Shown: one piece after another, positions 48,206-51,611 of the stretch
Layout of the letters: each line of letters opens with the position of its first letter
Position numbering within the stretch: the first letter of the stretch is position 1
Virus record (IMG/VR): IMGVR_UViG_3300005580_001063
Coordinates: 1 to 51,611 of that record
Direction: 5' to 3' (one strand)
DNA from: a virus
Taxonomy: Duplodnaviria; Caudoviricetes
DNA length: 51,611 nt
Translations under genes and position numbers: made by a program
Notes under the pieces: model-generated
Database searches by the model: none
Told to the model about the DNA's origin: nothing
The model's input: the letters and a program-made list of their open reading frames with translations, nothing else

Positions 48206-48952
48206 ATGATAATATATCAAGCTATGGCTGGAAGATTGTATCCAAAAATACTTGATTCTATATTAGATGGAATAGACTTATATGATCCAGATGTAGAAAA
48301 TAAACAAATTAAAGAGTTTCATTATCCTTATTTATTATGCAATGAAAACGATTATCAAAATTCTAATGATATACTTAAAATGATACCAGCGACATTAAAA
48401 CACGAAAGATTTGAAGGCGTACTTTATGGAGTTTTTAGTACATCTAATTTAAATAAAAAAAAAGAAGATTTTCATTTTACTATAATAAATCATCCAGTAG
48501 ATCAAATATACGAACTTTTTGCTTATTGGAATTTTTTAGCAAATAAACCATCTTTAGATGAAACAAATAAATTGTCTCTAGACGTAACAAATAAACTATC
48601 TTTAGATGAAAGAATAAGTATGGTTTTTAAAGCTAATCAATATCATTCGTTAGAAGAATATATAGATATTATTTTAAATAATATTCCAATATATTTCTAT
48701 TATAATGGAATTAAATATCAACCAATAAAAGAATTATTTCATGGATATGAAAACATTAAAGATTTTAATTATATTGGTAAATTTTCAGAAATTAAAAAAA
48801 CATTTAAGTCATTAAGTGAAATATTTGATTCTTATATCAAACCATTTGATAGCGAACATGCAACATCATATAGAGGTAATTTTTATAAAAGAGATTTATT
48901 GGAAAAAATGCTTAAAGATCAAATTGAAATTTACGAAAATATAAAGTGTTAA
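48206..48952 (+). CDS. Sulfotransferase-like protein (degenerate)
   Basis: FTIINHPVDQIYELF and FNYIGKFSEI resemble the FxxxRxPxxRxxS and DFIGxxE motifs. Confidence 0.45.
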   Translation: MIIYQAMAGRLYPKILDSILDGIDLYDPDVENKQIKEFHYPYLLCNENDYQNSNDILKMIPATLKHERFEGVLYGVFSTSNLNKKKEDFHFTIINHPVDQIYELFAYWNFLANKPSLDETNKLSLDVTNKLSLDERISMVFKANQYHSLEEYIDIILNNIPIYFYYNGIKYQPIKELFHGYENIKDFNYIGKFSEIKKTFKSLSEIFDSYIKPFDSEHATSYRGNFYKRDLLEKMLKDQIEIYENIKC

Positions 48953-48965
48953 TTAAATTAAAAAC

Positions 48966-48994
48966 TTGATATTAATCAATATATGATATATACT
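48966..48994 (+). promoter_or_regulatory. sigma70 promoter (leaderless spacing)
   Basis: TTGATA-N17-TATACT-N8-ATG(49003). Confidence 0.7.
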
Positions 48995-49002
48995 TGTGGA
49001 AG

Positions 49003-49212
49003 ATGAAACAAAAAAATATACAAAAATTAAATGTACTTAAGAGGATAGTCGGAAAAAGAGTGGCAGTCATATTAAACCATAATACTTTTGATTGCTTTTA
49101 TGGAGAAGTATCAAGTGTTGTTGACGAATATAATGTGGTAGTAAAAAACGATAGAAATGAAGATTCTAAAGTTTCAATTTTTGACATTAGAAACCCAAAT
49201 CAAGAACTATAA
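49003..49212 (+). CDS. Small Sm/LSm-like (SH3-type barrel) protein
   Basis: LKRIVGKRVAVIL...FYGEVSSVVDEYNVVVKN resembles the Sm1 motif. Confidence 0.45.
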   Translation: MKQKNIQKLNVLKRIVGKRVAVILNHNTFDCFYGEVSSVVDEYNVVVKNDRNEDSKVSIFDIRNPNQEL

Positions 49213-49454
49213 TGCAAGAACAACAAGAAGAGTTGCCAGAAATTGGACCATATGTTCAACCATATTTAAGAGGCCCAGTGCGAAGATTAGCTCCAAAAAT
49301 GCAAAGAAATGATCATTGCGGAATTAATAATATAAAGTTTAAAAAATGTTGTGGAGCTGATGGATCTAATTTTTGCAAAAAACTCCTTGGAGATTATTTA
49401 AATGAGCTTCAAAAAGGCCAAGAAGATTTAGCGAAAAATGATAAAAGCAGTTGA
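49212..49454 (+). CDS. SEC-C motif protein
   Basis: KMQRNDHC...KFKKCCG. Confidence 0.65.
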   Translation: MQEQQEELPEIGPYVQPYLRGPVRRLAPKMQRNDHCGINNIKFKKCCGADGSNFCKKLLGDYLNELQKGQEDLAKNDKSS

Positions 49455-50430
49455 CATCATCTTCGGGCTAGCTTGGGGAGACGAAGGTAAAGGTAAGATA
49501 AGCAATGCAATATCTAAAAATTATGATATGGTTTGTCGTTGGAATGGTGGCCCCAATGCAGGTCACACAGTTTATATCAACGATAAAAAATATAAAACTC
49601 ATATTATTCCTTGTGGAGTTTTTAAAAATAAACCTAGTATTATTGGTCCGAATTGTGTTATCAATATTGATAAATTTTATGATGAAATAGATTATCTTAA
49701 AAAAGAAGGTTTTGACACGTCTTTAATAAAGGTGAGTCCTAAAGCGCACGTAATAACAGAGAAGCACATTCAATATGATCTTAAATTTTTAAAACCTAGA
49801 CTTGGAACAACTGGACAAGGTATTGCACCAGCATATGCTGATAAAGCCTTGCGAGTAGGCAAGCTTGCTGGAAATTATTTAAATAAAGAATACATTTGGG
49901 ATGGCAAACTCTATGGAGAGATTCTTTGTGAAGGCGCGCAAAGCTTTTGGTTAGATTTAAATTATGGAGATTATCCATATGTTACAAGTAGTGAGACCTT
50001 ACCATATTCCGCTTGCTCTTTAGGTTTTAGTCCTAAAAAAATTAGAGATATTATCGGAGTAGCAAAAATTTATGACACAAAGAGTGGAGTAGATCCATTA
50101 TTTCCAGAATCTCTTTGGGATATTCCAGAATTAAATATGATTATTGATATAGGTCAAGAATTTGGATCTACAACTGGTAGAAAAAGAATAGTTAATTGGC
50201 TTAATTTAAATAAGCTTATTGATTCAGTTAAGACCTCTGGAGTGACAAGGCTTATAATTAATAAATGTGACGTATTAGAGCAAATCAATACTTTTAAAGT
50301 ATATCAAAATAATGATTTATTTAAATTCAATACTTTACAAAGCATGCAGTCTTTTATAAAAGCATATCTTAGTCATGCTATAAATCATTATATAGAAGTA
50401 ATATTTTCTGGAAATAAAGAAAATATATAG
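49438..50430 (+). CDS. purA: Adenylosuccinate synthetase (short form)
   Basis: WGDEGKGK, GGPNAGHT, GTTGQGI, EGAQ, YPYVTSS, GSTTGRKR and NKCD motifs. Confidence 0.93.
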   Translation: MIKAVDIIFGLAWGDEGKGKISNAISKNYDMVCRWNGGPNAGHTVYINDKKYKTHIIPCGVFKNKPSIIGPNCVINIDKFYDEIDYLKKEGFDTSLIKVSPKAHVITEKHIQYDLKFLKPRLGTTGQGIAPAYADKALRVGKLAGNYLNKEYIWDGKLYGEILCEGAQSFWLDLNYGDYPYVTSSETLPYSACSLGFSPKKIRDIIGVAKIYDTKSGVDPLFPESLWDIPELNMIIDIGQEFGSTTGRKRIVNWLNLNKLIDSVKTSGVTRLIINKCDVLEQINTFKVYQNNDLFKFNTLQSMQSFIKAYLSHAINHYIEVIFSGNKENI

Positions 50431-50442
50431 ATATTATATATT

Positions 50443-51180
50443 ATGTCATCTTGTCCATTCGGTTTTTCTTCAGAAAATAAACCTAAAAATAACCAAAATT
50501 CTTTAAAACAATCAATTGTACAATTATATTTAATGGAACAATACGATAAAAATCTGCTACCTCAAAAACCTGATATTTATTCAAATTGGTGGGAGCAAGA
50601 TCGAAAAACAAAAAATCATGCAAAATTTTGTATGCCATTATTAATGGCAAATGGATTGGGATATGATATTCTATCTCCTGCTACATTTGAAATAGAATGG
50701 GACGGAGTCGAGGGGAACGATTCAAAAGTGTCTATATTAGAAAAATCTTCTCATGGAATCGTAGATAATCATTCAGCAACAGGAAGTTTTACAGTTCAAG
50801 CACATTTTATACCAAAAACTGAAAAAGGATACTACATTTATATTAAAGGTATACCAAATATTAGACGACCATTTTCAGTTATGGAAGGACTTATTGAAGC
50901 TTGGTGGAATCCAGCTAATTTTGGAATCGTTTGCTTATGTAATCATCCTGGAAAATTTACTGTTAAACAAGGAGAGCCATTAGCAAGAATGATACTTTTA
51001 CATGAAGATGCCATTAAAGTTTCATTAGAAATAAAAGATAATCAATTTGAAGTCTTTCAAAGAAAAGAGTTTTTAGAAAAAAGAGATAAACAAACGGGGC
51101 ACGTTTTAGATTATTTTAAAGGACTTTATCCAAATGGTGAAAAAGCAGATTATCATATCAAACCTAATATTTATAATTAA
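50443..51180 (+). CDS. DUF6065-family protein
   Basis: FCMPLLMANGLGYDILSP..WDG, GIPN, EGLIEAWW and KQGEP motifs. Confidence 0.7.
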   Translation: MSSCPFGFSSENKPKNNQNSLKQSIVQLYLMEQYDKNLLPQKPDIYSNWWEQDRKTKNHAKFCMPLLMANGLGYDILSPATFEIEWDGVEGNDSKVSILEKSSHGIVDNHSATGSFTVQAHFIPKTEKGYYIYIKGIPNIRRPFSVMEGLIEAWWNPANFGIVCLCNHPGKFTVKQGEPLARMILLHEDAIKVSLEIKDNQFEVFQRKEFLEKRDKQTGHVLDYFKGLYPNGEKADYHIKPNIYN

Positions 51181-51182
51181 TT

Positions 51183-51611
51183 ATGAAACCAAGATACGAA
51201 AGACCAAAAGAAAAATTAAAAGTTGATCACAATGTAAAAGACGAAATAAAAGATCTTATCAAAGACACCTTGCTGATCATAACAAATAATGATTATGATA
51301 GAAAAACAGCAGAAAATTTAATTGAATCTTTAAATGGTAATAAAAAAAGAGATTGGTTTGTAGATCATGCTTATTTTTGCTTACCATTAATGATTGCAAA
51401 TCAACATGGATTCATTGTTAAAGCAGCGTATGATTTTTCTGTTTTTTGGGATGGAGGGGGTTATCTTCCAAACGTAATAATCAAACATGAAGAACAAAAT
51501 ATCCAAGGGCAAATCATTTCGTCCCATTTCGGTATGGGCACATTTACTATACAAAATCCATGGATGGTAAGAACGCCAAATGGAGTAAATACTTTAATTA
51601 TGAATCCTCCA
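51183..51611 (+). CDS. Second DUF6065-family protein (truncated by the window end)
   Basis: Manual translation: MKPRYERP...RDWFVDHAYFCLPLMIANQHG...WDGG...SSHFGMG...RTPNGVN. Confidence 0.7.
   Translation, partial: MKPRYERPKEKLKVDHNVKDEIKDLIKDTLLIITNNDYDRKTAENLIESLNGNKKRDWFVDHAYFCLPLMIANQHGFIVKAAYDFSVFWDGGGYLPNVIIKHEEQNIQGQIISSHFGMGTFTIQNPWMVRTPNGVNTLIMNPP

Noticed and set aside
4944-49978. Short antisense or alternate-frame ORFs in the track (e.g. 4944-5324, 9249-9557, 25994-26677, 39892-40209)
   Set aside because: They are shadows of well-supported genes, with no motifs or initiation signals.
49438-50430. PurZ (2-aminoadenine, Z-genome) pathway
   Set aside because: The motif is GDEGKG with the catalytic Asp of PurA, not the Ser-containing GSxGKG of PurZ. 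No DatZ or MazZ gene is visible in the window.
1-51611. Stop-codon reassignment
   Set aside because: Conserved enzymes are full length in code 11, genes pack tightly, and TAA, TAG and TGA all end genes.
1-51611. Bacterial chromosome or eukaryotic giant virus origin
   Set aside because: The protease-decoration-capsid module, bacterial-type promoters, sigma factor and DnaE/DnaB replisome indicate a tailed bacteriophage. No ribosomal genes or NCLDV hallmark genes are present.

Overview
A segment of a large, very AT-rich tailed dsDNA phage genome, read with standard code 11. From left to right: (1) Virion module, 1-12178: YadA-like fibre, RCC1-containing tail protein, prohead protease/scaffold, decoration protein, major capsid protein and two repeat-rich fibre/adhesin proteins. 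(2) Minus-strand replication/recombination block, 12180-27826: Rad52-like annealase, glycosyltransferases, Whirly-like SSB, a DnaE polymerase split into PHP, exonuclease and catalytic genes, PD-(D/E)XK nuclease, primase, ThyX, DnaB and RecA. (3) GDP-sugar/glycosyltransferase/methyltransferase cluster, 27807-36678. (4) A promoter-driven, highly structured non-coding region of about 270-340 nt (about 36764-37100) directly upstream of nrdAB. (5) Nucleotide-metabolism and accessory block: sigma factor, dNMP kinase, dCMP deaminase, GMP reductase/IMPDH, two JAB-NlpC/P60 paralogues, Sm-like protein, PurA and two DUF6065 paralogues. The most striking unexplained features are the structured RNA, which I could not assign to a family I know; about ten sigma70 promoters placed so that transcripts would be leaderless; a second GTGTAA motif before virion and nrdB genes; and an enzyme set that would convert G to A and C to T nucleotide pools. 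All protein calls come from motif recognition by eye and no database searches were run.
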